A DNA stretch of 64,000 nucleotides, taken from IMG/VR virus record IMGVR_UViG_3300034272_002779; one strand, given 5' to 3'. A program made the translations under genes and the position numbers. Every line of letters starts with the position of its first letter. Within the stretch, counting starts at the first letter, position 1. This stretch comes from an uncultured virus (IMG/VR IMGVR_UViG_3300034272_002779) (Duplodnaviria > Heunggongvirae > Uroviricota > Caudoviricetes). Of this stretch, positions 21,463 through 30,837 are shown piece by piece. Below the pieces are notes generated by a model. It was not told where the DNA came from. It saw nothing but the letters and a program-made list of their open reading frames with translations, and made no database searches.

Positions 21463-22329
21463 ATGTCACACTTTACAGTAATGGTAATTGGCAACGATCC
21501 AGAAAACCAATTAGCCCCCTATCAGGAAAACAATATGGAAGATTGTCCGGAAGAGTATTTGTCCTTTGTAGACGAAACTGAATATTTAAAGGATGGATGG
21601 GATAAACTCACGGAGGATGAAAAGAATGGATACGGAAATTCGTTCGAAGAGTATGCTAAGGACGAGGGTTACAAAAAGCATCCAGAGGAAGAAAAATATG
21701 GGTTCTATGAAAATGCAAATGCCAAGTGGGACTGGTATCTTCTGGGAGGAAGATGGACTGGATTCTTAAAATTGAAAGACGGTGCCGAAGGTCAAATAGG
21801 AGAAGCGGGCATTATGACAAGAAGTGCAATACCAGGATTTGCAGATAGTGCAAGAAAAAAGGACATAGACTTTAACGGTATGAGAAAATCGGAGGCTGAG
21901 GATGCAGGTAAAACGTGGGACAAGGTAAATAAGATCCTCGGTGATGTTGAAATACCACATTCATGGGAACACGTTAGAGAAGTTATGTTCCCTGGCGACC
22001 TTCAAGCAGCTAGGGAGTACTACCACAATCAGGATGCAAACAAGAAAATAGATGAATGGAACAGAAAAAATAATCACTCACTATTTGGGGTGGATCCACT
22101 TGATTTTCTGACTGTTTCGAAGGAAGAGCATTGTCAAAAAGCTGCGGATTCTGCAATATCTACATTTGCTGTCTTAAAGGACGGTGTATGGTACGAGAAA
22201 GGAGAAATGGGATGGTGGGGAACAGTAAGTGGAGAAAAAGACCAATCCGACTGGAACAAAGAGGTCTCCAAAATGATAGAATCATTGGATGATGATACCA
22301 TGATCTCAATCTACGATTGTCACATATAA
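21463..22329 (+). CDS. Conserved phage hypothetical protein
   Basis: MSHFTVMV, NAKWDWYLLGGRW, C-terminal DCHI. Confidence 0.78.
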   Translation: MSHFTVMVIGNDPENQLAPYQENNMEDCPEEYLSFVDETEYLKDGWDKLTEDEKNGYGNSFEEYAKDEGYKKHPEEEKYGFYENANAKWDWYLLGGRWTGFLKLKDGAEGQIGEAGIMTRSAIPGFADSARKKDIDFNGMRKSEAEDAGKTWDKVNKILGDVEIPHSWEHVREVMFPGDLQAAREYYHNQDANKKIDEWNRKNNHSLFGVDPLDFLTVSKEEHCQKAADSAISTFAVLKDGVWYEKGEMGWWGTVSGEKDQSDWNKEVSKMIESLDDDTMISIYDCHI

Positions 22330-22338
22330 GTATTAAAA

Positions 22339-23481
22339 ATGGAAAGAAAATTAGCCTCCATACAGAGAGTAAAGGAAATCCTTCATATAGAAGGAGCTGA
22401 TGCTATTGAGATAGCAGTAATTAATTCTTGGAAAGTAGTAACTAAGAAAGGAGAATATAGTCCTGGTGATCTTTGCATCTACTGTGAAATAGACTCTTTC
22501 CTCCCAGTAAGAGATGATCTTGAATTTCTAAGAAAATCATCCTACAAGAAAATGGGAGATCTAGAGGGATTCAGATTAAAAACAATCCGTCTCAGAGGAC
22601 AGATTAGTCAAGGACTCATTTTGCCGCTACATGTCTTGGAAGATGATGGTGAAATGAAGATCGGAACTAGCAAACAGCCCTGGGGAGATCAGCTCCAATT
22701 GGGTCCATATGATAATGCCTTAGTGATAGAGGAAGGAACCGACGTAACTGGAATTCTTGGAGTGGTTAAATATGAGCCACCGATACCTGCAGAGTTATCG
22801 GGTAAGGTTAAAGGATTTTTTCCTGGATTTATCAGAAAGACTGATGAGGAGAGAATCCAAAATATGACCAAGGAGTTTGATAATATGAAATCCCAGAAGT
22901 ATTACGTCACAGAGAAACTTGACGGTTCTTCTGCAACATACTACTTCAGAGACGGTGTTTTTGGTGTCTGTTCAAGGAATCTAGAATTGGCAGATCCCGG
23001 GGAGTTCCAACCAGGAACGGTCTTATGTGAAGATGGAGTGGAAAGACCTAAGAAGGAGAATACTTTCTGGAAGATTGCTAGGGAATTTTTCATCGCAGAA
23101 AAACTCGGAACCCAGAATCAAAACTACGCAATCCAGGGAGAATTGATAGGTGAGGGCATTCAAGGAAATCCATACAGAATTAAAGGACATAAGGTTATGA
23201 TCTTCAACGTTTTCAACATAGACGAACAGGAGTACCTTGGTCTTGATGAGATGAGAGACTTTTTAGATAAAATCAACGTAGACGGAAACCCCCTTGAATT
23301 AGTTCCAATTATATCAGAAGACTATCAACTTCCTGAAACTATAGATGAGATTCTAAATCAGGCGGAAGGAAAGTCGATCTTAAATAATCAAACGGAAAGA
23401 GAGGGTATAGTTATTAGAAACCGTAACAAGACAGTTTCTTTCAAAGCTATCTCTAATAATTTTCTACTTAAAGAAAAATAA
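22339..23481 (+). CDS. RNA ligase, DRB0094 (Rnl5-like) family
   Basis: N-terminal OB fold (RKLASIQ, YCEIDSFLP, LRGQISQG), KTDEERIQN, TEKLDGSS, EGIVIR, FKAISN. Confidence 0.9.
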   Translation: MERKLASIQRVKEILHIEGADAIEIAVINSWKVVTKKGEYSPGDLCIYCEIDSFLPVRDDLEFLRKSSYKKMGDLEGFRLKTIRLRGQISQGLILPLHVLEDDGEMKIGTSKQPWGDQLQLGPYDNALVIEEGTDVTGILGVVKYEPPIPAELSGKVKGFFPGFIRKTDEERIQNMTKEFDNMKSQKYYVTEKLDGSSATYYFRDGVFGVCSRNLELADPGEFQPGTVLCEDGVERPKKENTFWKIAREFFIAEKLGTQNQNYAIQGELIGEGIQGNPYRIKGHKVMIFNVFNIDEQEYLGLDEMRDFLDKINVDGNPLELVPIISEDYQLPETIDEILNQAEGKSILNNQTEREGIVIRNRNKTVSFKAISNNFLLKEK

Positions 23482-23488
23482 AAAACGC

Positions 23489-23926
23489 ATGAATAAAACA
23501 ATCTTGTTAATAGCAATATCCATTATCCTCGTTTCTTGTGAGGATGTAAATATCAAGAAGGCTTCTGATAAGGATAAGATTTCTTTAGATACTACCGCAG
23601 AATTTTCGGATCAGAATTATAGCGTATATCGTTTAAATAACTGCGAGTACATTGTATACGGTTCAGGGAATAACAGATGGGGATCACATAGAGGCGATTG
23701 TAAAAATCCAATTCACAATAAATCAGAGGACAAAAATTCTTTCCCTTATGATTCCTCTATTTATCGGGAAAAGCATTTTGATTGTTATGTTGAAGAAATA
23801 ATGGAGGAGGAGAATGAAAAATATAAGTATTGGGTTTACACTGAATGCGGGATTGCATTTTTAACCAATAGGAAATATAAAATAGGAGAAAAGCTTAAAG
23901 GATTTAAATCACCTAAGCACAAATGA
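23489..23926 (+). CDS. Putative lipoprotein
   Basis: Lipobox LVSC after a hydrophobic N-terminus. Confidence 0.7.
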   Translation: MNKTILLIAISIILVSCEDVNIKKASDKDKISLDTTAEFSDQNYSVYRLNNCEYIVYGSGNNRWGSHRGDCKNPIHNKSEDKNSFPYDSSIYREKHFDCYVEEIMEEENEKYKYWVYTECGIAFLTNRKYKIGEKLKGFKSPKHK

Positions 23927-24966
23927 GAATTTTAATAACCGGAGGTGCGGGGTACATTGGATCTCACACCGCAGTAGAAGCTTTAAGGGAGGGACACGAT
24001 GTTGTAATCTTGGACTCATTCATAAATTCAGATAGATCTGCTGTAGAGAATATAGAAAAAGCCAGCGGAAAGAAAGTAGATCTAGTAGAATGTGATCTCA
24101 GCTTACCTATGCACATGGTTTTTGAAAAATTAGACTCTCTTGATCCTAATTTTGATTCGGTGATACACTTTGCAGCATTAAAATCTTCTCCAGAATCGGT
24201 TTCCAATCCAATAGAATATTATGATAACAATCTGAAATCACTTCTTAATATTCTGAAATTCTGCAAGATTCGGAATGTTAAAAATTTTATATTCTCAAGT
24301 TCCGCTACTGTTTATGGCGATCCCCAATTTTTACCAATTACAGAGGAACATCCAATCGGGAAGGGCACTACTCCCTACGGATCTTCTAAGGTTATGGGTG
24401 AGTGGATAGTTGAGGACACGACAAAATCACAGAACATTAGATCAGTTGCTCTGAGATATTTTAATCCAGCAGGAGCTGATAACAGCTTATTAATAGGGGA
24501 ACTACCAAAAGGGAAACCGAGCAACCTTGTCCCCATCATAACACAATCTGCTGCAGGAGTATATGGACCGATGACTATAACAGGGTCGGATTTTCCAACT
24601 CCTGATGGTACAGCTATTAGGGATTATATACACGTGACAGATCTCGCAATCGCTCATCTAAAAGCTTTATCTTGGCTGGAATCTCAGAATATCGGGACTT
24701 TCGATTACTTCAACATAGGAACAGGAAAGGGGACATCAGTTTATGAAATGGCGGAAACATTTGTCTTCTGCGTTGAGCCGGATCTTTTAGTTTGCGAAAG
24801 AGGACCAAGAAGGCCAGGAGATCCTGCTGAAGTTTGGTGCGACAGTACCAAGGCTAATTCTATTCTGGGATGGGAGTCTAAATTCGGTGTGAAGGATATT
24901 TTAAATAGCGCATGGGAGTGGGAAAAGAAAATTCGTTGGGAAGATACTGATAATATTTATCACTAA
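23923..24966 (+). CDS. galE: UDP-glucose 4-epimerase
   Basis: TGGAGYIGSH, HFAALK, FSSSATVYG, YGSSK, LRYFNP, RDYIHV. Confidence 0.93.
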   Translation: MRILITGGAGYIGSHTAVEALREGHDVVILDSFINSDRSAVENIEKASGKKVDLVECDLSLPMHMVFEKLDSLDPNFDSVIHFAALKSSPESVSNPIEYYDNNLKSLLNILKFCKIRNVKNFIFSSSATVYGDPQFLPITEEHPIGKGTTPYGSSKVMGEWIVEDTTKSQNIRSVALRYFNPAGADNSLLIGELPKGKPSNLVPIITQSAAGVYGPMTITGSDFPTPDGTAIRDYIHVTDLAIAHLKALSWLESQNIGTFDYFNIGTGKGTSVYEMAETFVFCVEPDLLVCERGPRRPGDPAEVWCDSTKANSILGWESKFGVKDILNSAWEWEKKIRWEDTDNIYH

Positions 24967-25005
24967 AAGGAAACATAAGATCCATATATAGATAAAATAT
25001 CTAAT

Positions 25006-25197
25006 ATGATGATCTACTGTCTAATATTTTTTGCTCCTGGAGTTCCCATCTGGATAACTATGGAGCTATTGTCTCTTTTTTCTAAGGATGAGGAATATAG
25101 AATGGACAGCTTTATTGAGAGGGTCATCATTTTCCACTTTTGGCCTTTTGTCGGTTATTTTCTATACCACAAATTATTCAGGTCTAGGTGTGATTAG
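25006..25197 (+). CDS. Small membrane protein
   Basis: 63 aa, two hydrophobic stretches. Confidence 0.5.
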   Translation: MMIYCLIFFAPGVPIWITMELLSLFSKDEEYRMDSFIERVIIFHFWPFVGYFLYHKLFRSRCD

Positions 25198-25213
25198 ATA
25201 AAACATTCTAAAT

Positions 25214-25621
25214 ATGAGGAAAGGTAAACAAAACAAGCCTAAGGAGACGGAGGTTACGGATCTAGAAGTAGCCAAAAAAATGCTAAAAATACACCAGAGC
25301 GCACAAGACAGAAAATTAGAATTCGATCTTTCATTCGAATCAGTAAAGAAACTTTTAGCTTACCAGACATGTTATTACACTGGTAAAAAATTCGAGGAAG
25401 AGGGATTACTCGCAAGAAGCTTTGATAGAATAGATTCAGCAAAGGGTTACATCGAGGGAAATGTTGTAGCTTGTACCGTTGATATAAACGGGAAGAAAAG
25501 CAATTTAAGTTTGGATGAAATAGAGTGTCTCTACAATAAACTAATAGTAAAAATGTGTCCAAAAAAGGATCCGGATTTAATAAGTGTAGAGATAACCGAT
25601 ATTAAGGATGTTGAATCCTAG
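25214..25621 (+). CDS. T4 Srd-like / degenerate HNH-fold protein
   Basis: FDLSF..VKKLL...CYYTG...SFDRIDSAKGYIEGNVVA resembles T4 Srd as recalled. Confidence 0.6.
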   Translation: MRKGKQNKPKETEVTDLEVAKKMLKIHQSAQDRKLEFDLSFESVKKLLAYQTCYYTGKKFEEEGLLARSFDRIDSAKGYIEGNVVACTVDINGKKSNLSLDEIECLYNKLIVKMCPKKDPDLISVEITDIKDVES

Positions 25622-25630
25622 ATATATACC
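25619..25630 (+). promoter_or_regulatory. Late promoter-like motif (G/A)ATATATA, representative
   Basis: Motif shortly upstream of starts at ~2480(-), 7490, 19035, 21405(-), 25622, 28575(-), 30056, 30568, 31460(-), 32809, 36203(-), 39335(both), 40158(-), 42085(-), 44078(-), 44676(-), 49580(-), 50687, 51831, 59483(-), 61240(-); resembles the T4 gp55 late promoter TATAAATA. Confidence 0.72.
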
Positions 25631-25633
25631 TAC

Positions 25634-26470
25634 ATGAACCTAAAACACATAAAGAAATACTCCATAAACGAATCCGAAGATGCTTTGAAATCCGGTGGAA
25701 TAACTTTAACCGATGACCAGATTGACTATCTAAACAGCGAAGGAGTAGATCTTGTGGTGAAGGTAAATAAAAATCTTAAGAAAAACGGTGGGCTTCCATG
25801 CATATCAAATAAAAAATGGGGGCAAAACTCCATATCTATTTCAATAGGTTTAAAAGAATTAGGTATATCAGAAAATATAGATAAGCTTGAAAAATATTCG
25901 GATAGCGATATAATCCCAAAATATCCTATCTCCGAAAATAATATGCAATTCCAATATTTTTTAGATCCTTCTCTAGCTTCGGGTAGTTATAAATTGAATA
26001 ATTATAACTTCTCCCAGTACGGAGCTCAAACTATAAGGGTAGACATTAATTTTGAAACATTCGAAGATATCACAAGGATTATTAACGAATCGATTACTGA
26101 GATCTTTCAGGACTTCAAAAAGGTTAGAATTTTTGTCAATTGGAATTTGAAAAGACTCCCATCGATATCTTCGCATATAAAAAAAGAGGTGAAAGAGATT
26201 TACTGTAATCTGCTTGATCAATTTTTGGAAAATGGTAGGATAGAAGGAGACGACATAGACGAAAGCTTACATGCTATTCTCCTCGGTGATGCTTTAGAAA
26301 AAAATCAAGACGAGATCGAAAAATTTAATTCTCTACCCGAAGAAGCGAGAAAATCCCTTCTCTCCGGGTGGAGCCAAATACTTAAAAGCGACGATCTAAC
26401 GATATCTCTTAGAAAAATAGAAGCTCTTAAGAAATACATTAGCGTAAAAAAATCCTGGGATTTTATTTAG
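25634..26470 (+). CDS. Hypothetical protein with capsid-targeting-like leader
   Basis: MNLKHIKKYSINE; LTDDQIDYL and C-terminal KIEALKKY resemble the LRR family ends. Confidence 0.75.
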   Translation: MNLKHIKKYSINESEDALKSGGITLTDDQIDYLNSEGVDLVVKVNKNLKKNGGLPCISNKKWGQNSISISIGLKELGISENIDKLEKYSDSDIIPKYPISENNMQFQYFLDPSLASGSYKLNNYNFSQYGAQTIRVDINFETFEDITRIINESITEIFQDFKKVRIFVNWNLKRLPSISSHIKKEVKEIYCNLLDQFLENGRIEGDDIDESLHAILLGDALEKNQDEIEKFNSLPEEARKSLLSGWSQILKSDDLTISLRKIEALKKYISVKKSWDFI

Positions 26471-26514
26471 GGGGTTTGAACATGGATAAGGACAAAAATT
26501 AGATAATAGGTAAG

Positions 26515-26769
26515 ATGGAACATATAGAACTGTACGAGAATTTCAGTAAGCCTGAAAAAAAAGAGTTTACTGATGCAGAGATCCAGTACTACCAGAAGCT
26601 CTGGGACTGGTTACCCCAGAAGTATAGATTCAATCCTTTTTTCTCTAAGTTATGGAATCAGGTTAAGGATAAAAAGTACCTAACGAAAAAACAATGGACC
26701 CAGCTAGAATATCTTCTTAAGAATGGCAAATCGCAATACGAAGCAGGAATTCTACCGTCTAATTATTGA
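26515..26769 (+). CDS. Hypothetical protein with leader
   Basis: MEHIELYENF. Confidence 0.7.
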   Translation: MEHIELYENFSKPEKKEFTDAEIQYYQKLWDWLPQKYRFNPFFSKLWNQVKDKKYLTKKQWTQLEYLLKNGKSQYEAGILPSNY

Positions 26770-26772
26770 TCG

Positions 26773-27156
26773 ATGAAAAATATAGAACTATACGAATCTT
26801 TTGAGGAAGAAGATCCAAAGGAACTTTTAAATGATTTTATAAAAGAGATATGGCCGGATATAGAAAAGTACCTGGAGTCAGCGGGATTGGAGAGTGATTA
26901 CGTTTGGATTGACGAGGAAGAATTCGCAATTGAATATTGGCCAACCAGCATGGATGGATCTGTACCTAACAGAATTTCCTATATAGTAGACGATTTAAAA
27001 ACCATTCTGGAGAAAGAAATGGGTACAGGTATATCGTGGAGATTTGCACCAAACGGGAACTGTCAAAGACTTATCTTTGTTCTGGATTCTCCTATAGAAA
27101 CTGGGTCTGTCACGGACAAAATACTTAAGGTTAAAAAGGCTTTAAAGTTCACATAA
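26773..27156 (+). CDS. Hypothetical protein with leader
   Basis: MKNIELYESF. Confidence 0.7.
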   Translation: MKNIELYESFEEEDPKELLNDFIKEIWPDIEKYLESAGLESDYVWIDEEEFAIEYWPTSMDGSVPNRISYIVDDLKTILEKEMGTGISWRFAPNGNCQRLIFVLDSPIETGSVTDKILKVKKALKFT

Positions 27157-27203
27157 TTTTTATTTCCGGGATTTGTTATTATATTTACCTAAATTTTAAA
27201 ACA

Positions 27204-27554
27204 ATGAAAGTAATCATAGCCGGAGGTAGAGACTTTATGGAATATGAACTTCTATATGAATCATGCAGAAGAATCTTTGAAAATCGTGAAATAAGAGAAA
27301 TTGTTAGTGGATGCGCTAAAGGGGCTGATAGGGTTGGAGAAAAATACGCTGAATTCAACAAGATACCGATTAAAAAATTTCCTGCAGAATGGGATAAGTA
27401 TGGTAAATCAGCAGGTTACCGTAGAAACAAGGAAATGGCAGACTATGGTGACGTTCTAGTTGCTTTCTGGAATGGTGAGAGCAAAGGAACTAAGCACATG
27501 ATAGATCTAGCAACGGCAAATAAATTAGAAGTACACGTAATAAAATACACATGA
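27204..27554 (+). CDS. SLOG family (YspA/DUF2493-like) protein
   Basis: IIAGGRDF, IVSGCAKGAD, AGYRRNKEMA, FWNGESKGTKHMI. Confidence 0.85.
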   Translation: MKVIIAGGRDFMEYELLYESCRRIFENREIREIVSGCAKGADRVGEKYAEFNKIPIKKFPAEWDKYGKSAGYRRNKEMADYGDVLVAFWNGESKGTKHMIDLATANKLEVHVIKYT

Positions 27555-27769
27555 GCACATTTATTAAATTAACACACTCCGACGTACAAGGAGATCTTAG
27601 GATTAATCCTATTTTTATATCTGCAATGAATAGATTAGATGATAGAACTGAGGTCTATTGCATGGGGGTAGAATATGCTTGGGAGGTAAAGGAAACCCCC
27701 GAAGAAATTATAAAACTTTCAGAGACTAAGAAATATTTTACCACCTATAATAAACCAGGAAATGAGTAG
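27551..27769 (+). CDS. FlbD-like small protein
   Basis: FIKLT...INP..I...VKETPEEI. Confidence 0.6.
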   Translation: MSTFIKLTHSDVQGDLRINPIFISAMNRLDDRTEVYCMGVEYAWEVKETPEEIIKLSETKKYFTTYNKPGNE

Positions 27770-28007
27770 ATACGTTATAAAAAACCAGGAGACCAATAGA
27801 ACATTGACATATGGATGGGATCACGCTCTTGGGTACTTCTATGACATTACCGATTCGTCTAAAAATGAAGATGAGCCTGGATATCTGATAGAGGAAAAAT
27901 GTTATTTTCTGAATCGGCTATCGCGAAACGATTTTGCTGAGGTACTTTTAGAATGGAAGGCTCCGGAAAAACATCTAACTTCTCTGAGCTTAGATCTGCC
28001 TTTTTAG
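27762..28007 (+). CDS. Hypothetical protein
   Basis: 81 aa, YGWDHALGYF. Confidence 0.65.
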   Translation: MSRYVIKNQETNRTLTYGWDHALGYFYDITDSSKNEDEPGYLIEEKCYFLNRLSRNDFAEVLLEWKAPEKHLTSLSLDLPF

Positions 28008-28555
28008 GAGTATGTGATTCTCCCAGCAGCCCTGCTACCAAGTTCTTTTAAAACACTATCTACGAAATCTTCCCAATTTACATAGGATACCTCCGGGGTT
28101 CCATTTATTTCTGCAGTTACCCTAAATTCGTTATAGGTAAATTTTCCTCTTTCTACGGTCCAGCTTATAGTGCAATCCCCTGTGTATATCGATTCAACAA
28201 AATCTCTCCCGTCATCATTGTTGCCTATCGCATCATATATCGCTTTTTCTATCTCGCTCGCCGTAAATAGAGGGGTTTCTTCAGAAGGATTTATATAGGC
28301 GAAAAGGTCATTCGATATCTGTTCATTGTCCATCTCTATATAGTAGTCGCTTGGATGATCGCTTAGTTCCGCAGTGATTTTTAGTTCTGTATCATCCTCC
28401 GAATAATCTAATTCCGGACTATGATCATCCATGTTTATTATGAAATATGATTCAGCTTGACTCTTCAGAGACTCTAATCCTTCTTTAATGTCCATGATAT
28501 TGAAATATTCATCATCGGACTCGTTAAGTTTTTTAAAACTTCTTATGTGCCTCAC
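28004..28555 (-). CDS. Acidic hypothetical protein with leader
   Basis: MRHIRSFKKLNE; TATATATC at ~28572. Confidence 0.7.
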   Translation of the reverse strand: MRHIRSFKKLNESDDEYFNIMDIKEGLESLKSQAESYFIINMDDHSPELDYSEDDTELKITAELSDHPSDYYIEMDNEQISNDLFAYINPSEETPLFTASEIEKAIYDAIGNNDDGRDFVESIYTGDCTISWTVERGKFTYNEFRVTAEINGTPEVSYVNWEDFVDSVLKELGSRAAGRITYS

Positions 28556-28590
28556 TTGTAGATTTTTTCTCTATATATCGATAGATTATC

Positions 28591-29169
28591 CTAGAGCTTT
28601 ACTAAAAGATCCTTCATCACATAAGCATCCCTATCCTGTATAGGGATATGACTTAAATCGACATATGGAATCTTTTCAAGTTCTAGATAATTCTTGATAA
28701 TCGAATCAAGTTTTATGATCTCTGCCTTATTGTGATATCTGATACCATCCTGCTCATCCTCTTCAAGAAAGGGTGGTACGTAGTATATCTTGTGCCACTG
28801 ATTGAGAGATTTCAGAATCTCCTTCTGGATATGATTTATCGTTGCTATGTCTTTCTGCGATAGAGTTGAATTGAATCTGGATCTAAAATAGAAATAGTTT
28901 AGGATTGAGCTCGAGTCGCATATGATCCAATCTTTACTACCATCGTACATTCTTTCTCTTCCTAGCTGCTTATAAAAGATAACTATTTGGTCAACAGGGG
29001 TATCCGGAATTCCCCACTCGGCTATATAATCAGTAGCTGCTTCTCCGACAAAGATCGAATTCTGTTTTCTTATTTTTAATCCATGATGCACAGAAGCTGC
29101 CAGTGTGCTTTTCCCTGATGATGGAGCTCCTATTATAGAAACCAATTTAGACTTTATCTCACCTTTCAT
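28591..29169 (-). CDS. P-loop NTPase/kinase (AAA_28, NadR-like)
   Basis: GAPSSGKSTLA, ICDSS, DGIR. Confidence 0.75.
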   Translation of the reverse strand: MKGEIKSKLVSIIGAPSSGKSTLAASVHHGLKIRKQNSIFVGEAATDYIAEWGIPDTPVDQIVIFYKQLGRERMYDGSKDWIICDSSSILNYFYFRSRFNSTLSQKDIATINHIQKEILKSLNQWHKIYYVPPFLEEDEQDGIRYHNKAEIIKLDSIIKNYLELEKIPYVDLSHIPIQDRDAYVMKDLLVKL

Positions 29170-29296
29170 TACCTCAAATTTAATTTTTATATCGTAAAAG
29201 ACATCTATTATTTCAGATCATTTAAAAAATATAATAATCTGATTTATCTTTTTTATCCCGTAACGTTGTTGTAAATTAGCTCTTAAATATAAGGAC

Positions 29297-30049
29297 ATGA
29301 ACAAGATATTAGAATCATTAGCACCATTCTGCCAAGAAAAAAACGCAGGAAATGCTACATTAAATACTGAAGAGCCAACTCCACGAGTAAAGTTTCTATT
29401 GTCTTTGTTAGATGGACTTGAGATTCCCTACGAGTTAGATAGTTTCCTAGCTAGAGAAACAACATACCATAATATCATTCTTCGTGGAACTAGTAATAGA
29501 ATGGTAATAGCTCATCATGATATAGTGAACCCAGATTCGGATAATGCTAACGATAACTCAGCATCTGTAATAAATGCAATCTACTTAAAATCCTTAGTCC
29601 CTGATCTTAATGTTGTTCTTACAGATGGTGAGGAAGTTGGATTTATTGGTGCTAATCATTTAGCTAAACAAATCCTCTGTGGGGATTTTGGTGATATTGA
29701 ATGGGTTCTTAATATAGAGCTAAGTGGTAAGGGGGGTAAGAACTTTATGATCGGGGCACATTCAGGGAAACTAACAGAGCACATTCTTGGTATATTCGAT
29801 GCACCTGTAGTTCAAACTCCTCCCAGTGACTGTTATGCTATTTCCAGGTATGGAATCGATACCAATGTCATCAATCCTCTTCCGATGCTATTAGAAGGAG
29901 AGTCTGGTATTAAGCAAGGAGATTCTTTCCTAGATAATTCTTCTTGGTATTTATGTCATAGCAAAGGTGATTCATTGGATAAAATCTCTCTTAAGGATAT
30001 GAACGAATTCGTGACTGAAGTTCTATATCCGATCGTAACACATAGATAA
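29297..30049 (+). CDS. M28 family metallopeptidase
   Basis: IAHHD, ANDNSAS, DGEEVGFIGA, CHSKGD. Confidence 0.8.
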   Translation: MNKILESLAPFCQEKNAGNATLNTEEPTPRVKFLLSLLDGLEIPYELDSFLARETTYHNIILRGTSNRMVIAHHDIVNPDSDNANDNSASVINAIYLKSLVPDLNVVLTDGEEVGFIGANHLAKQILCGDFGDIEWVLNIELSGKGGKNFMIGAHSGKLTEHILGIFDAPVVQTPPSDCYAISRYGIDTNVINPLPMLLEGESGIKQGDSFLDNSSWYLCHSKGDSLDKISLKDMNEFVTEVLYPIVTHR

Positions 30050-30067
30050 GGTTGGATATATAAGTAC

Positions 30068-30250
30068 ATGATACTTAAATTCCAAGAATTTATCACCGAG
30101 TCCAAAAAAGAGGACAAAAAAATCACAAAATCCAAATCGAAGAAGTCCACAAATTGCAATGAATGTGGACAGAAAATTAGAGAGTGTTCCTGTCAGGATT
30201 ATGGTGGAGGGTATCTAGGGCCAGAGATGCCATCAAATTTACTTTACTAA
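30068..30250 (+). CDS. Small Cys-containing protein with leader
   Basis: MILKFQEFITE, CNECG..CSC; GATATATA upstream. Confidence 0.6.
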   Translation: MILKFQEFITESKKEDKKITKSKSKKSTNCNECGQKIRECSCQDYGGGYLGPEMPSNLLY

Positions 30251-30252
30251 TT

Positions 30253-30453
30253 ATGATTAAAGCTTTTGTTATTAAATCCCAGACCATTAAGGAGGCTAAA
30301 GAGGTTTGGGGGGAATCCATATTGAATGATGTTTTCTCCATTACTCGAAAGGTTAAGCCAAATGAAGCTCTAGAAATTCTAAAAAACGAGAATAAATCTA
30401 AGCATTCCGACTGTTTACGATATATTTTTAGCGAAATGCTGATTAATAGGTGA
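30253..30453 (+). CDS. Hypothetical protein
   Basis: ATG 30253 directly after previous stop. Confidence 0.55.
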   Translation: MIKAFVIKSQTIKEAKEVWGESILNDVFSITRKVKPNEALEILKNENKSKHSDCLRYIFSEMLINR

Positions 30454-30469
30454 AACCATTTATTCTTTC

Positions 30470-30555
30470 TGATATAGAACACTAGCAACATTTAGGAGGT
30501 TCTCTAAAAATGTTTGTTTTGGTTTAGAATCAGGGAACACGGTTCCCTGATTTTT
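30470..30555 (+). ncRNA. Candidate antisense sRNA 1 (GU-rich seed + terminator)
   Basis: Intergenic; TCTAAAAATGTTTGTTTTGGTT (30503-30524) followed by terminator AATCAGGGAAC-acg-GTTCCCTGATTTTT; 5' end approximate. Confidence 0.5.
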
Positions 30556-30581
30556 ACTTCTAAGTAAATATATAACGGACT

Positions 30582-30788
30582 ATGAGCAACTCCGAATTTC
30601 TAGAAGAAATCCTTTTTGAAGGCCACAAATTGGGAATTATAGATCCATTAATGAATGAGGCTAAAATAGAAATAGATAAGGGTGTACATGCTCATCCCTG
30701 TGATGCTTACCTCTCAGCATTAGTTAGACTCATAAGGGAAATGGACATTAAGGAATCCTCTTTTTATTCCCTATCCCTGGTATCCTAA
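30582..30788 (+). CDS. Hypothetical protein
   Basis: 68 aa after AATATATA. Confidence 0.55.
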   Translation: MSNSEFLEEILFEGHKLGIIDPLMNEAKIEIDKGVHAHPCDAYLSALVRLIREMDIKESSFYSLSLVS

Positions 30789-30837
30789 TAGGTTTATCCG
30801 AAAGCCAAAAATATAAGCCAGAAAAAAGTAATGGAAA

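Noticed and set aside
30177..30491. Minus-strand 104-aa ORF that could own the CAAAACAAAC leader at 30511-30524
   Set aside because: It overlaps two plausible + strand genes, has no recognisable features and no minus-strand promoter; the adjacent terminator faces +
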